The translations under genes and the position numbers were made by a program. A DNA stretch of 63,770 nt, filler included, from Chiloscyllium plagiosum (lineage: Eukaryota): NCBI RefSeq assembly GCF_004010195.1. It is 4 parts of one record of this genome, joined end to end, with 100 filler letters (N's around TTAATTAATTAA, not from the genome) between each part and the next. Parts side by side here need not be neighbours in the genome. Positions count along the whole stretch, not along the records: positions 21,193 to 46,878 come from NC_057716.1; 3 more parts are not named here. One strand, given 5' to 3'. The notes beneath the pieces were generated by a model. It was not told the DNA's origin. It searched no databases and saw only the letters and a list, made by a program, of their open reading frames with translations. Below are positions 23,982 through 37,589 of this stretch, in pieces; positions within the stretch are counted from its first letter, which is position 1, and every line of letters begins with the position of its first letter.

Positions 23982-26554
23982 TATATGTAGCTTCTAGCAA
24001 GCAAAAATACAGCACACAGTGAACCCAACTGAAAATTTTAAATTGAATATCAATGTAATTATTTGTTCACCCAGAATTATGCAGCAAATACTGTCCAATT
24101 ATGGGCTGTATAGTCAGTACCTTGCCTGTTATGAAGAGCCAAAGGGATATGCTGTTTGATACAACCTGTTAGTCTTTGCAAAGTATGAACTGCATTCATT
24201 GCATTACACAACACTGAAAATCATATACCACATTACTCATTTGTGTAATACGTTGAACATGCCTTATCTTGATGACAGCTTCCTGTTAATAGTAAACATA
24301 TTTCATGTTGCTACTGCCTAGTAGCAATGTGGAACAGTGAGCTTCACCTTGCTGCTCCAACATCTGAGAGTAATCTGACCCAAACTAGGCATTTTTCACA
24401 GCCAAAGGCCTTAAGCCCATTCATGGTGTTGCAGAAGATACAGCCAGTCATTACTTGATCAGGGTAACCAAAATCTCTTAGGATGGCTTTGGACATAGTT
24501 CCAAAGAGGAGTCACGTTACACTCAAAATGTCAATGCTGTTTCGCTTTTCAAAGATGCTGCCAGAACTGCTGAGTTTCTTGAACACATTCTGCTTGCATT
24601 TCAGATCTCCAATATTCATAGTATGTTGCTTTTAGCTAAAGCTCAGTGTCAGCTAAATTACATCCTGGCAAATCAGACTGTCAAACATCATAGGAATGCA
24701 CAACATTTAACCATTGTCTTTAACATACATATATGGATGTATGACTCATTTAATGAAGGATGTAAATGGGTTGGAAGAGTCAGAAGTCTCTATTTAAAAA
24801 TAAGTGGTCACCCATTTAAGACAGAAATGAGGAATTTCTTTTCTGCCAGTGGATCATGTGTTTTTGGAGCTCTTCCTGAAAGGTCAGTAAAAGGAGAGTA
24901 TTTGAATATTTTTAAGGTCAGATGTCATCAGGTGACATCACTTCACTTCACCTGACGGAAGGGCAGCACTCCGAAAGCTTGTGATTTAAAACAACCTATT
25001 GGACTATAACCTGGTGTTGAGTGACTTTTGACCTTGGAGAAAGTGAGGACTGCAGATGCTGGAGACCAGAGTTGAAAAATGTGGTGCTGGAAAAACACAG
25101 CAGGCCAGGCAGCCTGGCCTGCTGACTTTTGACCTTGGTTATCCCAGTCCAACACCGGCACCTCCACACCATGAATATTTTTAATACACAGATGGATTTT
25201 CAGTAAGCTAGGGAAGTGAAAAGATTATCGAGTGTTGACAGGATTGTAGATCAGCCAACCTCTTATCATGTGCTAGAATGGGATGGAGGAGCCAAATTAT
25301 CTTCTCCTGCTTCTAACTTGTTTATGCACGTATAGATTCATGGCTGCCAGATCATTGGGAAGGCCAAAATTAATCACCCATAATGAACTATCCTTGAGAA
25401 GATGGTGGGTGAGCCATTGCCTTGAACTAATGCACTCCATGTGGCACTGGTGCTCCTGCAGTGGAGGAAGGAGGAAATTCCAGGATTTGGACCCAGCATT
25501 AATGAAGCAATGGAGACACATGTCCAAGTCAGGATGATGTGTGACTTGTGGGTGATGCTTTTTCCAATTACCTGCTGGTTTTGTCTTCTAGCTGGCAGAG
25601 GTCACGTGAAGGCGTTTTGCAGACATGTGGGAAAATATGTTAACTGTGGCAATGCAGATCCATAGAAACACAAACCACTCTGACAGCCATAATGAAGGAT
25701 GAGAAAGAAAACAGCACTGATGTCGAACAAGTAAAAGAACCATTGCACTCTTCCTCTCAAACAAATTATTTCTGTTTAAAAAAAATCCCATATTAATAAT
25801 ACTACGCTTGTAACCAAAAGAAACGGCTTAACTAATGTCTTCCTTCTACAGTCGTTCAGCAGGCAATTTGGCAACAGTAGATTATAGATGAAATACAGAA
25901 TCACAGAATATCTACAATGTGGAAACAAGCCATTCAGCCCAACAAGTCCACACCAACCCTCCGAAGGGCATCCCATCCAGTCATATCTCTCTATGCTTTC
26001 CCTGTAACCCGACATTTCTCATGGTTAATGCACCCATCCTATACATCCCTGGACACTATGGGGAATTTAGTTATGGCCAATTCGCCTAACCTGCACATAA
26101 ATGGATAGTTCGAAAACAAAACAGAGGTTGCTGGAGAGATTCATCTGTTCTAGCTGCATCTGTGGGTGGAAAACAGAGTTAACATTTTGAGTCCGGTGAT
26201 GCTGGCTCAGAATTCAAAATACATTGGTCCTAAATTGTCTTTCAAAATCCCAATTCAGTGAGACGGGGCAGGACTTGTGGGAAAACACAGCTAATGTTTC
26301 AAATCCAAAATGACTCTACTTTGGAATTACATACACTCAGGAATCCTGTCTCTTTTCTCCACTTCCCCAGTTGAATTGTAAGTTATGGCTTTGCCTCGTA
26401 CATTCTAATCTCTGGATGGCCACCCGTGAAAAAAAATTTAGTTTTGAGGAGGTTGAGTCCTTTGAGTTTCCTAAAAATTCTTCTTTCCTCGAGCAGTTTC
26501 TGATTGTTACTCACCACAGTACTGCTTTGGGGCGATTAATGATCTTGATAACCT

Positions 26555-26980
26555 GGACATTTTTTGAGGACAACACCTCATCTTCTACTTTGGCAGCCTA
26601 TAGCCCAGAGGATTTAACGTTAAGTTCTCCAATTTCAAATAACCTCCCTTCCCATCCTCCAACTCCCTTTCCAGCCCCTCCCCTTCCCATCCATTCCTTT
26701 CATCAACCCTTCCTTCCAGCCACCAGCCGGATTCATTCCTAGCACTGACCAACCAGGTCGTACGCTTTACCTGTCTTCACCTATCCCCACCTCACAACCC
26801 TGACCCCGCCTTCCCTTTTATCTGCAGCTCCCCACAACACTCACCCCCAGTACTGCAGAAGGATTACACCTGAAACATTGACTTCTCCACCTCAGGATGC
26901 TGCCTGGTTTGCTGTGTTCTTCCAGCCTCCTGCCAGTCTACCTTGGAATTCAACATCTGGAGTTTTTTTTTGTCTCTAAC
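26555..26980 (+). mobile_element. PLE family D 3' end
   Basis: EEQHLIF-like GIY-YIG end, pyrimidine-rich UTR and degenerate hammerhead; homologous to 52860-53235. Confidence 0.75.
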
Positions 26981-27179
26981 CAGGACATCAGGCAGAATAT
27001 GGGGTTCAGCCTCAACTGAATGTATAAAGTTGATATACTCTGTTATCTCTGTAACAATGACCATCAAACCGTCATCAATTGTTGTGTAAGCCTACATGGT
27101 TCATTATTTTCCTTTCAGAAGGAAATGTGCCATCCTTAGCCGATCTGATTACATGTGAATCCAGGCTCACAGCAATGGA

Positions 27180-27872
27180 TCACTTCCAGGTTCACAGTTC
27201 GCTGAAAGTGGAGTCACAGGTAGACAGGACAGTGAATAAGGCTTTTGGCACACTGGCCTTCATCATTCAGGGCACTGAGTACAGAAGTTGGGAAGTTATG
27301 TTGCAGTTGCACATTGGTAAGGCCGCACTTGGAGTATTGTGTTCAGTTTTGGTCACCTGGCTGTAGGAAGGATGTTATTAAACTGGAAAGAGCGCAGAAG
27401 AAACTTACAAGGATGTTGCCAGGATTCAATGGTCTGAGTTATAGGGAGAGGTTGGACAAGCCAGGACCTTTTTCTTTAGAGTGTAGGAGACTGAGGGGGA
27501 ATCTTATAGAAGTGTATAAGGTCATGAGAGGCACAGATAGGGTGAATGCACTCAGTCTTTTTCCCAGGGTTGGGGAATCAAGGATTAGAGAGCATCAATT
27601 TTAAGACTAGAGGGAAAGAACAAAAGGGAACCTGAGGGGCAACGTTTCTACTCAGAGGGTGGTACGCATATGGAATGAAATGCAAGCAGAAGTGGTTGAG
27701 GTGGGTACATTAACAATATTTAAAAGGCATTTGGGCAAATACTTGGATAGGAAATGTTCAGAAGGTTATGGGCCAAGTGCAGGGAAGTGGTGTCAGCGTG
27801 GATGGAGAGTTTGGTCAGCATAGACCAGTTTTGGCCAAAGAGCCTGTCTCTGTGCTATAAGACTCTATGAGT
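27180..27872 (+). mobile_element. HER1/CR1 LINE 3' fragment
   Basis: TLVRPHLEYCVQFWSP..RKDVIKLERAQKK.TRMLPG. Confidence 0.92.
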
Positions 27873-28384
27873 TGATGCAAATATTATTTCTTATTTTTCT
27901 TTCCTTAAGCACAACCTAAAGACCAAACAATGTGGGAACTTTTACCCATAAACCTCACCGCTGTCTGATATCATTTGTGTTGAACCATTTGATCAGATTT
28001 TCATCACAGATCTAGCATTCTTGAAAGTATACGAGCAGCAATGATAGTTCAAAGTTGGGCCTCATGGAGCATTATAATGAATGATAAAGTAAATGTGACC
28101 AGCATGTTGGGAATATGAAGAGGGAGGTATGGTTACAAGATGGACATGTCAGGTCTCAAGCAGACGGAACTGCACAAAATTAGTATGTTGTTGGTATTAG
28201 ATTTTATTGCACTGTCACTCTTGTTATATCAGTCCAGAATATTATTGACTCCTTAGATACGATAACATATCAACGAGATTCCATCATTTAAACTACTCTG
28301 AGAAAGGATGTACAGGACTGCAACTCAGGTAAAAGCACATACAAATCCATGTGACCAAGTAGAATTTCCTGAAACTCCATTGAG

Positions 28385-28585
28385 TCATTTCCCACCATTT
28401 AACTCGAGAGTGTGGTGCTGGAAAAGCACAGTAGGTCAGGCAGCAACCGAGGAGCAGGAGGATGAGGGTTTATGCCTGAAATGTCAATTCTCCTGTTCCT
28501 CAGATGCTGCCTGATCAGCTGTGCTTTTCCAGCACCACACTCTCAACTCTGAACTCCAGCATCTGCAGTCCTCACTTTCTCCTGG
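28385..28585. mobile_element. Fold-back PLE family A mini-element
   Basis: gagagtgtggtgctggaaaagcaca... / ...tgtgcttttccagcaccacactctc inverted arms. Confidence 0.8.
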
Positions 28586-29484
28586 AGCATTTAACTGGCT
28601 ATTTTACTGCAATGTTAAATGATCATTGTTACTCACTACCAATTGTCATGACCTTGTTGACTTAATATATTTAAAAATTAAGTGTCTTACAATTTTATTT
28701 GTGGTTGCAAATTACAGTAGCTTATAGATATTTGATCCATTTCTGATCAAATCAGGAGCAAACGATGGTGTAATAAACTATGTAACTTTACAGTTGACAA
28801 CAAAATGCCACACTAGTTTAATTCATGAATTGTTGCTAACTCCACCAAAAATAAACGAAATGATTAAGATATCCCAATGGTACTTGGCCTACAAGGAGTC
28901 TGAACCCCTCTCTCTTTTTGCATTCACTCATGGCCTTTAGAGAAGGAAGCTGCCCCCTTTACCTGGGTCCACCCTACATGTGACTCCAGACTCTCAGCAA
29001 TGTGGTTGACTCTTAACTGCCCTCTGGGCAATTAGGGATGGGCAATAAATGTTGGCCTAGCCGGCGACACCCTCATCCCACGACTGAATAAAACAAAATC
29101 CCAAATCACAAGAGTTATCTCTACTTTGTTAGATTTTCCCTCACTTTATTCTACAGAAACTAATTAATCCTCCACAATCCCATTTTCTTGCATGCCCCAT
29201 TACATCTTCATTTTGACTTGTCTCAACATCACGTCTGTCATTCAATAACTCCCACCTTCTATATTATCATTTAATGTTTCTTCTGTCCTCATCCCAATGA
29301 TTTCTAGCCCTCTTCCCCCCTCCCCACCTCCAAATTCCCTGGTTTCACTCTGAGTCATACCAGGTAGGAGCAGTAGCTGGTTACTTCGCCAGTTGAGTCT
29401 CGTCAACTATTCAATGTGGCTATAGCTAATCTGATTGCTCAAACTTCCTGCCTACCCTGATAACCTTTCACCCTTTTGTGTTTC

Positions 29485-29830
29485 TGATTTGATTTGATTT
29501 GATTTATCGTTGTGACGTGTACCTAAGTACAGTGAAAAGTTTTGTTTTGCATGCAATACAGGCATATCATACCATAAAAGGACATACACATATCATATAG
29601 TGTTTAAACAGAGTGAGGCAAAGAAGCTTACAGCTGCAGAGGAGGTGTACCAAAGCAAGATCAACCTTAGTTTTGAAATTTGAGAAGTCCATTCAGCAGT
29701 CTAACAACAGCGGGAAAAGAAGCTGTTCCTAAGCATGTGTTTAAGCTTTTGTATCTTCTGCCTGACGGAACAGTTGGAAGAGATTCTAACTGGGATGGGA
29801 GAGGTCTTTAATGATGTTGGCAGCATTCCA
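29485..29830 (-). mobile_element. Rex1/Babar LINE 3' end
   Basis: (tttga)n tail and aacagcgggaaaagaagctgttc, reverse of the tail at ~51490-51710. Confidence 0.7.
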
Positions 29831-31732
29831 TCATCAAAATTCTGACTCCGTCTGCCTTAAAATCAATGTGCTTGTTTAAAAAACTTGTTACATTTCTAAC
29901 TTCTTCCAGTTCTGACAAAAAGGCCATTGGCCTCAGCAATTACCCTTCCTCTCTTTCCAGAGACCACAGCGTTCTAGTATTATCTGTTTTCAGTATTCTT
30001 CTCCAACATCTGTGGTATTATGTTTTTGTGGATGAATGATAAGCTGCTGAATGATAAGCAGCAATCGTAATTAACAAAAATTTGCAAGGTGCTATCTTTC
30101 AGATGGTGCCTCATTGCCTTATGTCATGCATGATTCTCCACTGAGTGTCCCATCAGCAGGTGGGAACCTGTTCCAGTGGACGGATGAGGGCAATTATCAA
30201 GCGTTCACTGCATCTGCTCAGTGCAAAAGTGAGAATGTTTGCCTGGTGTTAATTGTTGAAGATTCTGCAACATCTGAAAATTCATAGCACAATTATGCAA
30301 ATAATCCCTGATCCTATTTGAATAATTTCTGCTCCTAATTATAAATGCAAAAGCATCATCGTCAAAGTCAATTTGCAACAAGTTCGAGCACATCTGGCTA
30401 GCAGCATTTCTGAAAGATCCATTCCCTGGTTGTGGGGCTCGCTGGATAGGTCAGCATTCATTGCCCATTCCAAATCGTCTTGATCAGATGGTGGTAACTG
30501 CCATCTTAGGGTGGCTTAGGACATTTCTTAGGGTGGCTAAACAGGAGCTACATTACAGAACAAAAGTCACATCAAGTCATTTTTCGGTAGGCTTTATGCA
30601 TAAAGGCTTTATGCAGGGATGGATGTGAATTAGCAGGCGCAGTAACTTGGATAAAATGGAGAAGGTGGCGTTGCTCTCCATAGAGCAGAGAAAGCAATTC
30701 AATAGAGGTGCTTTAATTTACAAAACTTCCAAATAACCTGGTTAAAGAGTCAATAACCAAAGATCAAAGATTAAAAGTGACTGGCAACAAATTCAGAGAC
30801 AACATGAGAAAAGTGATTGTTTAGGATTTGGAATGCACTGCCTGATGTGGGGCAGGGGGAGGTTGAAAATGGATTGCTTTCCAAAGGAAGATATTTACGG
30901 AATTCTTGAACTTTCACTCACCCAGCATGTTCAAGTCCTTCTGCAACCTCCCTGCTTCCTCAACATTATCTGTCCCTCCAACCTAACCCTCTGTGCAAAC
31001 TTAGCAACAATGCTGTCACAATTCCTTTATCCAGATTATAAATGTATAACATGAATAGTTATGGTCCCAGCATTGATACTCTGGCTCTTACGCAGAACAA
31101 TTTAGTCGTTCCACTCTTCAAACCTTTGGCCTTAATCCAACAATTATACCTTTTATATTTCTTTCAGGTGCTACCTCATCCCCTTTTTGCAAGTCATGCC
31201 TGGAACCACTTCTACTATCATTCCAAGCAGTGCATTCCAGTTCACAAGCACTCGCTTTGCAAATTTCTCATCTTAACATCATAAAATAGAGGAGCAAAAT
31301 TATGCTATTCGGCGTAACAAGTCTGCTCACCATTTGCTCACGGTTGATATGTTTCTCATTCTCCTACCTTGTCCCATTACTCATGATGCCTTTATTCATC
31401 AACAACCTATCTCTGCCTGAAACACACTCAATGAATACACTCCACATCCTTCAGCAGCAAAGAGTTCCACAGATTCACCACCCTCCGGCTGAAGAAATTA
31501 CTCCTTGTGTCAGTTCTAAAGGGTCTTCCCTTCATTCTGAGGCTGTGCCCACTGGTCCTAGTCTCCCCTGCCACTGGAAACATCTTCTCCGCATCCACTC
31601 GATCCGCTCTGTCCTCTCAGTATTCTGTAAGGTTTAATTAGATCCCACATCATCATCCTTCTAAACACCGCTTAGTACACACCCAGAGTCCTCAACCACT
31701 TCTCATATGACAAACACTTCATCCCTGGATTT

Positions 31733-32505
31733 AGAGATGCCGGTGTTGGACTGGGGATGTACAAAGTTAAAAATCACACAACACCAGGTTGTAGTCCAAC
31801 AGGTTTAATTGGAAGCACACTAGCTTTCGGAGTGTCACTCCTTCATCAGGTGATAGTGGAGGGCTCAATCCTAACACACAGAATTTATAGCAAATAGTTA
31901 CAGTGAGATGTAACTGAAATTATACATTGAAAAATTGATTGCCTGTTGAGTCTTGCATCTGTTAGAATACAGTGATAGTTTCACTTCTTTCATGTGTAAA
32001 TCACAAAACTTTTTTTTAAAAAGTTGCATTCTCAGGTTAGCTGTTAACAATGGTGATAGCTGGACAGTATGTTGAAGGTGTTGGCCCCCTGTGTTCTCTG
32101 TCCATGCCATGATGTTTAGATTGATTCTTATCTAAAAAGTGAGATAATGGAGTTTTACATGAATTCATGCAGTTTTTGAGCTCAGAGTTCTACATGAATG
32201 CATGCAGTTTTTGAGCAAAGTCCAATGTAACCCTGCAAGTACAAATTCAACCCATAAAATATATGTGTGCATGTGTATCTTTGTCTGTCTGTGTGTGTCT
32301 GTCAGTCTGGGTTGGGGGTTGTGAGTGTGAGAAAGTGTATGTGTGTGTGTGTGTAGTGAGTGTAGAGTGTCTTAAGTCTGTGAGAGGGTGCGTGTGTGAG
32401 TGTGGGAGTGTGTGTGTCTGTAAGGGTGTGTGTGGGTGTCTGTGTGTGCATCTGTGTGTATGTGTGTCCGTGTGTATGTGTGTATAGGAGTGCCTGTGTG
32501 TGTGC
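31733..32505 (-). mobile_element. PLE family B terminal repeat with TG-rich tract
   Basis: Homologous to 14726-15030 and to the reverse complement of 15215-15983. Confidence 0.85.
31818..31852 (-). ncRNA. Minimal hammerhead ribozyme motif (PLE family B), best-preserved copy
   Basis: cac CUGAUGA a ggagu gac acucc GAAA gc UA gug: perfect 5-bp stem II, 3-bp stem I, palindromic AGCU stem III. Confidence 0.72.
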
Positions 32506-32778
32506 ATGAGAATTCCTAGAAGCATGGCATTCCAACCGTAACTCTATCAACAAACATATCGAGTTAGACCCCATCTATCACCCCCTGAGAAAATAAAACA
32601 GGAAATGACTTCACCACAGCAAATGACATGACCAACCCAAAGAAATCCAAACATGTAAATAGAAAGCAGGAATTATCAGCAGTGCTTTGCCCGGAGGCCC
32701 ACTGAAGATGTTACCTAGTAGGGTGATGAAACATCTGGAAATGAATCTTCCAGCTCAGCAAGCAAACCTACATCATTT
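32503..32778 (+). mobile_element. PLE family C 3' end with hammerhead motif (~32700-32738)
   Basis: EFLEAWHS...SINKHIELDPIYHPLRK, then CUGAAGA u guuacc uagua gggugau GAAA ca UC. Confidence 0.8.
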
Positions 32779-35569
32779 GTGAAGTTCCAGTATGTGTGAG
32801 AAATGAGGCCGCCCTTATTGATGGTGAGGAAGTCTATTGTCAGGCTGTCATGGGAAGTGTATTCCCCTTTAGGAAGAGGCTTGAGTCATCTCCTCTTTGC
32901 TGCCTTGTATCTTAGTTAGTCTGTTTCGTCAAGACTGAGGCACTCTGGGTAGTGTCTGTTGTGGCCTAGGCAGACATGGTTCTTTATGCTCTTTGTGGCC
33001 ATGCTGTGGGTGGACACCAAAGTGGATTTTCTCCCACAGTAACACAGCAAATCAGCTGATGGGGGCTAGCACGAAGTCAACACCCCTGCCATCACATTAT
33101 GGGCTTAAAGTTAGTGTGTTAGTTTAAGCGAATCCAGGAGTACCTCTCACCTCACTGGCAACAAAACACTCTGGCGCTTTATGTCCTTCCCTGCTTAGGC
33201 TGCCACCCTTGCCCAGACAGGTTTCACCCTTGCCCAGTTTTGACCACCTTTGTTGAGGCAAGGAATACTAAGTAACTCACCTCCTGACTCCCAAAATCCT
33301 GTCCACCATCTACAAGGCATAAGTCAGAATACTCTCACTTGTCCATATGGGTACAGTTCCAAGAACACTCAAGAACCTTGACCCCATCCAGGACAAAGCA
33401 GTACACTGGTTGATTGACACGACATTCATATTATCCACTCCCCCCAACCATCAACGCTCAGTAGCAGTAGTTTGTACTAGCTATAAGATGCACTGCAAAA
33501 ATTCACCAAAGATCCTGAGACAGTACCTTCCAAATCCATGACAACTTCCATCTCGAAGGAGAAGGGCAGCAGATACATGGAAACACCACCTTCAAATTCT
33601 CCTCCAAGCCACTCTCTATCCTGACTTGGAAATATGTCACCATTCCTTCAATGTCATTGAGTTGAAATCCTGGAATTCCCTCCCCAATGGCATTGTGGGT
33701 CAACAGTAGGACTGCAGTGGTTTAAGAAGGCACCACCTTCCCAAGCGCAAGTGGGGATGGGCAATAGATGATGGCCCAGCCAATGGTGCCCACACCCCAC
33801 AAATGAATAAAAAAAAGACAGGTTTTACCCTTGGCCAGTCTCCTTCACTTGTGTCCGTTACACATCCAGCTCTGGATTCCCTCCCCCTATCATTCCTCAA
33901 GTCCCAGGCTGCTACTGCCATCTGATGCCAATCAAAGCATGGCACAGAGCTGAAAGCAGTCGCTCCACAGTCCAAAGCCCAGGAGGTACAGTACGTCGTT
34001 TGCAGCATGCCTCCCAAATGAAATCAGGATTTGGAATTCAGTATTGTTCACTTTCACACAGTTATTTGGGAGGGGAAATGAATTCTGGTAAGTTAGCCTT
34101 TTAGTGAGCATGTATTGCAATGCAAAAAAGGGCTTATTGCCTCACTTTTAAAATTCCCAGGGGTTCATTGCAAACCTTTCTCCCCCTGCTGTCTGACTTT
34201 CGACTTCTCGCAAAATCAAGATCCCTCAGCTGCCTTGTTCCCCACTGTCTAATTGCAGGGGTGTTGGGAAAGAGAATTGCTACTTGACTGAATTGGTGCA
34301 GACTCAATAGATCACATGGCCTCATTTTGTACTATTCTCGTCTACAATTTCAAAAGGTGAGATTAAATGAAGGCAAAAGATTTACTATCTTAAAGTGAAT
34401 AGCTTTTGATAGCTCTGTGCTGAAATGTCTGATGGCTTCTCTGTGGTTTGCCCAATGGACACTGATAGAGGCAGTGAAATTGACAGTGACTTTGATTGCT
34501 AGTTTAAGGAAACAACCTCTGAACAGCGAATTCACCCTGCTCATGCTAACTTTGGTATTCCTTGCTCATGTTGTGTTTTTGGTACCAAGGAACGTTGCGT
34601 GTAGGCTGAATCATAGAATCACAAAACCATACAGTACAGGAGAGGTCATTTGGCTCATCAGGTCTCTACCACCATGAATATACTACTACATATACTAATG
34701 AGAAAAAAATACTGCAGATGCTGGAATCCAAAGTAGACAGGCAGGAGGCTGGAAGAACACAGCAGCAATTAGGAGATGGAGAAGTCGACGTTTTGGGTTT
34801 AACCCTTCTTCAGGTCCACCTGAAATGTTGACCTTTCCACCTCCAATGCTCCCTGGCTTGTTGTCTTCTTCTGGCCTCCTGCCTGTCTACAACATATACG
34901 ACTGAGTCCAGGCAAATAGGACAACTTTAGTTTGGGAAACTTGGTTGTCCTGAACGAGTTGAACTGAAGGGTCTGTTTCTGTGCTGTATGACTCTATGAT
35001 TCCATGGCATTTCAAATGTTCATCTAGTTTTAAATGTTTTGAAGCTTGACACCTTAACTACCCATTCCTGATGAAGAGCTTTTGCCCGAAATGTTGATTC
35101 TCCGGCTCCTCGGATGCTGCCTGACCTGCTGTGCTTTTCCAGTACCATATTCTCGACTCTAATCTCCAGCATCTGCAGTCCTCACTTTCATCACTTTATC
35201 TACCCTCTCAGGCAGTATACTCTTGATGGTCACAACTTTCTATTCACTCTCTCTATGTCCCTCATAATCTTGTATTCCTTTATCAGGTCCTTCCTTCAAC
35301 CCTCTCTGCTCCAATGAAAGCCACTGAGCTAAACCAGCCTCTCTTCATCATTGAAATGCTCCATCCCTTACAACATCCTGGTGAATTTTCTTTGCAATCC
35401 GTCCAGTGCAATCACATCTTTCCTGAGTGTGGTGAGCAAAATTGCATACAGTACTCTAATTGTGGTCTAACCAAAGCTAAGTACAACTCCAACGTGACCT
35501 CTCTGCTCTTGTAATTTATTCTTTGACTAATAAAGGCAAGACTCCCTTATGCCTTCTTAGCTACCCGCA

Positions 35570-35920
35570 GGTGGCATGGTGGCTCAGTGGTTAGCACTGT
35601 TGCCTCACAATGCCAGAGACCAGGGTTCGATTCTATCTCAGGTGACTGTCAGTGTGGAGTTTGCATATTCGTGCTGTATCTGTGTGGGTTCCCTCCAGGT
35701 ACTCTGATTTCCTCCCACAGTCCAATGATGTACAGGTTAGATAAATTGGCCATGCTAAATTGTCTAGAGTGTCCAAGGATCTGCAGGTTAGGTGGATTAG
35801 ACATGGGAAATGCAGGGCTACAGGGATGGTGTGACTCTGGATGGAATGCTCATTGAAGAGTCAGTGTGGATTTGATGGGCTGAATGGCCTCATTGCATAC
35901 TGAAGGGGTTCTATGATTCT
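35570..35920 (+). mobile_element. HE1-type SINE
   Basis: ggtggcatggtggctcagtggttagcactgttgcc head and V-domain. Confidence 0.88.
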
Positions 35921-37400
35921 GGATGTCAGTTAGCTCGCTGGGCTGGAAGGTTCATTTCATCACCATCGTCGGTAACATCATCAGTGAGCCTCCAGTGAAG
36001 CACTGGTGTTATAGCCCACTTTCTATTTATGTGTTTAGATTTCCTTGGGTTGGTGATGTCATTTCCTGTGTTGGTGATGTTATTTCTCCTGTTCTTTTTC
36101 TCAGAGGGTGATAGATGGGATCCAGGTCAATGTGTTTGTTGATAGAGTTCCAGTTGGAATGCCATGCTTCGAAAAATTCTCATGCATGTCTCTGTTTGGC
36201 TTGCCCTAGGATGGATGTGTTGTCCCAGTCAAAGTAGTGTCCTTCCTCATTCGTATGTAAGGATACTAGTGATAGTGGGTCATGTCTTTTTGTGGCTAGT
36301 TAACATTCATTTATAATGGTGGCTAGTTTTCTGCCTGTTTGTCCAATGTAGTGTTTGCTAGAGTTTTTGCAAGGTATTTTGTAAAAGACATTTGTTTCGC
36401 TTGTTGACTTGTTGGTCTTTTAAGTTTTAGTGTTTTGGTGGATTTGTGGGCTACCATTATGCTAATAGGCCTGAGTAGTCTGGCAGTCATTTCTGAGGTG
36501 TCTCTGATAGAGGGGAGAGTTTCTGGACACATTTTGTCTGCTTGTGTGAGTTTGTTGCTGAGAAATCAGCGGATTGTGTTCATTGGGCACCCGTTCTTTT
36601 TGAATACACTGTAGAGGTGGTTTTCTTCTGCTCTTTGTAGTTCCTCTGTACTGCAGTGCGTGGTGGTTTGTTGAAATAATGGGTTCTAATGCAGCTTCTT
36701 TGTCGATGTTGGGATGATTGCTTCTGTAGTTTAGTATTTAGTCTGTATGTGTTGTTTTCCTGTAGACCCTGGTTTGAGGTTCCTCATTTACTGTTCGCTC
36801 TACTGTGTCCTCTAGGAATGGCAGTTTGTTGTGGTTTTCCTCCTCTTTTGTGGATTTTATGCCAGTAAGGGTATTATTGATGATCTTGAAGGTTTCCTCT
36901 AATTTGTTTCATTTAGTGATGAAAAAGGTGTCATTCACATAGCGGACCCAAACTTTGGGTTGGATGGTTGGTAGAGCTGTTTGTTCAAGTCTCTGCATTA
37001 CTGCCTCTGCTCAGAACCCTGATGTTGAAGATCCCATGGATGTTCCATTGGTTTGTCTGTAGATTTTGTTGTTGAAATTGAAGTGGGTGGTAAGGCATAG
37101 GTCTATGAGCTTTATGATGTGTCTTTGCTGATCAAGATGGTGGTGTCTTGTGTATGTGTCTTTGGTTCTTCTAATAGGGTAGTCAGTGTTTCTTTGGCCA
37201 GGTTGATGTTGATGGATGTGAACAGGGCTGTTATGTCAAAGGAAACCATTATTTCATCCTCTTCTATCTTGATATATTTGATGGTGTTCAGGAATTCTTG
37301 GGTGGAATGACTGGAATGGCTTGATTCTTCTACTAAGGCAACATGGTAGCCCACAAACCCACCAACACACTAAAACAGCAGTTAATGAACTTAAAAGACC
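35921..37400 (-). mobile_element. Penelope-like element (family C): RT + GIY-YIG, decayed, with 5' inversion
   Basis: MVSFDITALFTSI, YRQTNGTSMGS, WVRYVNDTF, LPFL, VYRKTTHTD, YKIPC..HYIGQTGRKL, FEAWHS; 37341-37400 is an inverted copy of ~36400-36460. Confidence 0.9.
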
Positions 37401-37589
37401 CTAAACAGCCAACAAGCAAAAATGTGTTGCTGCCTGACCTGCTGCGCTTTTCCAGCAACACATTTTTAAGCTCTGATCTCCAGCATCTGCAGTCCTCACT
37501 TTATCCCTCTGACAAAGCAATGCTATCTCCAATCAAAGCTTACCTCTCTGAATAGAAATTAATTTTCTCCTTCACTGTTTTCTCTAACA

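Larger units (their letters stand above)
23090..24480 (-). mobile_element. Old Penelope-like element remnant with nested HE1 SINE and MITE
   Basis: Minus-strand SNVVYDFQC (GIY-YIG start, ~24210-24240) and LLEATY (~23985-24000). Confidence 0.6.
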
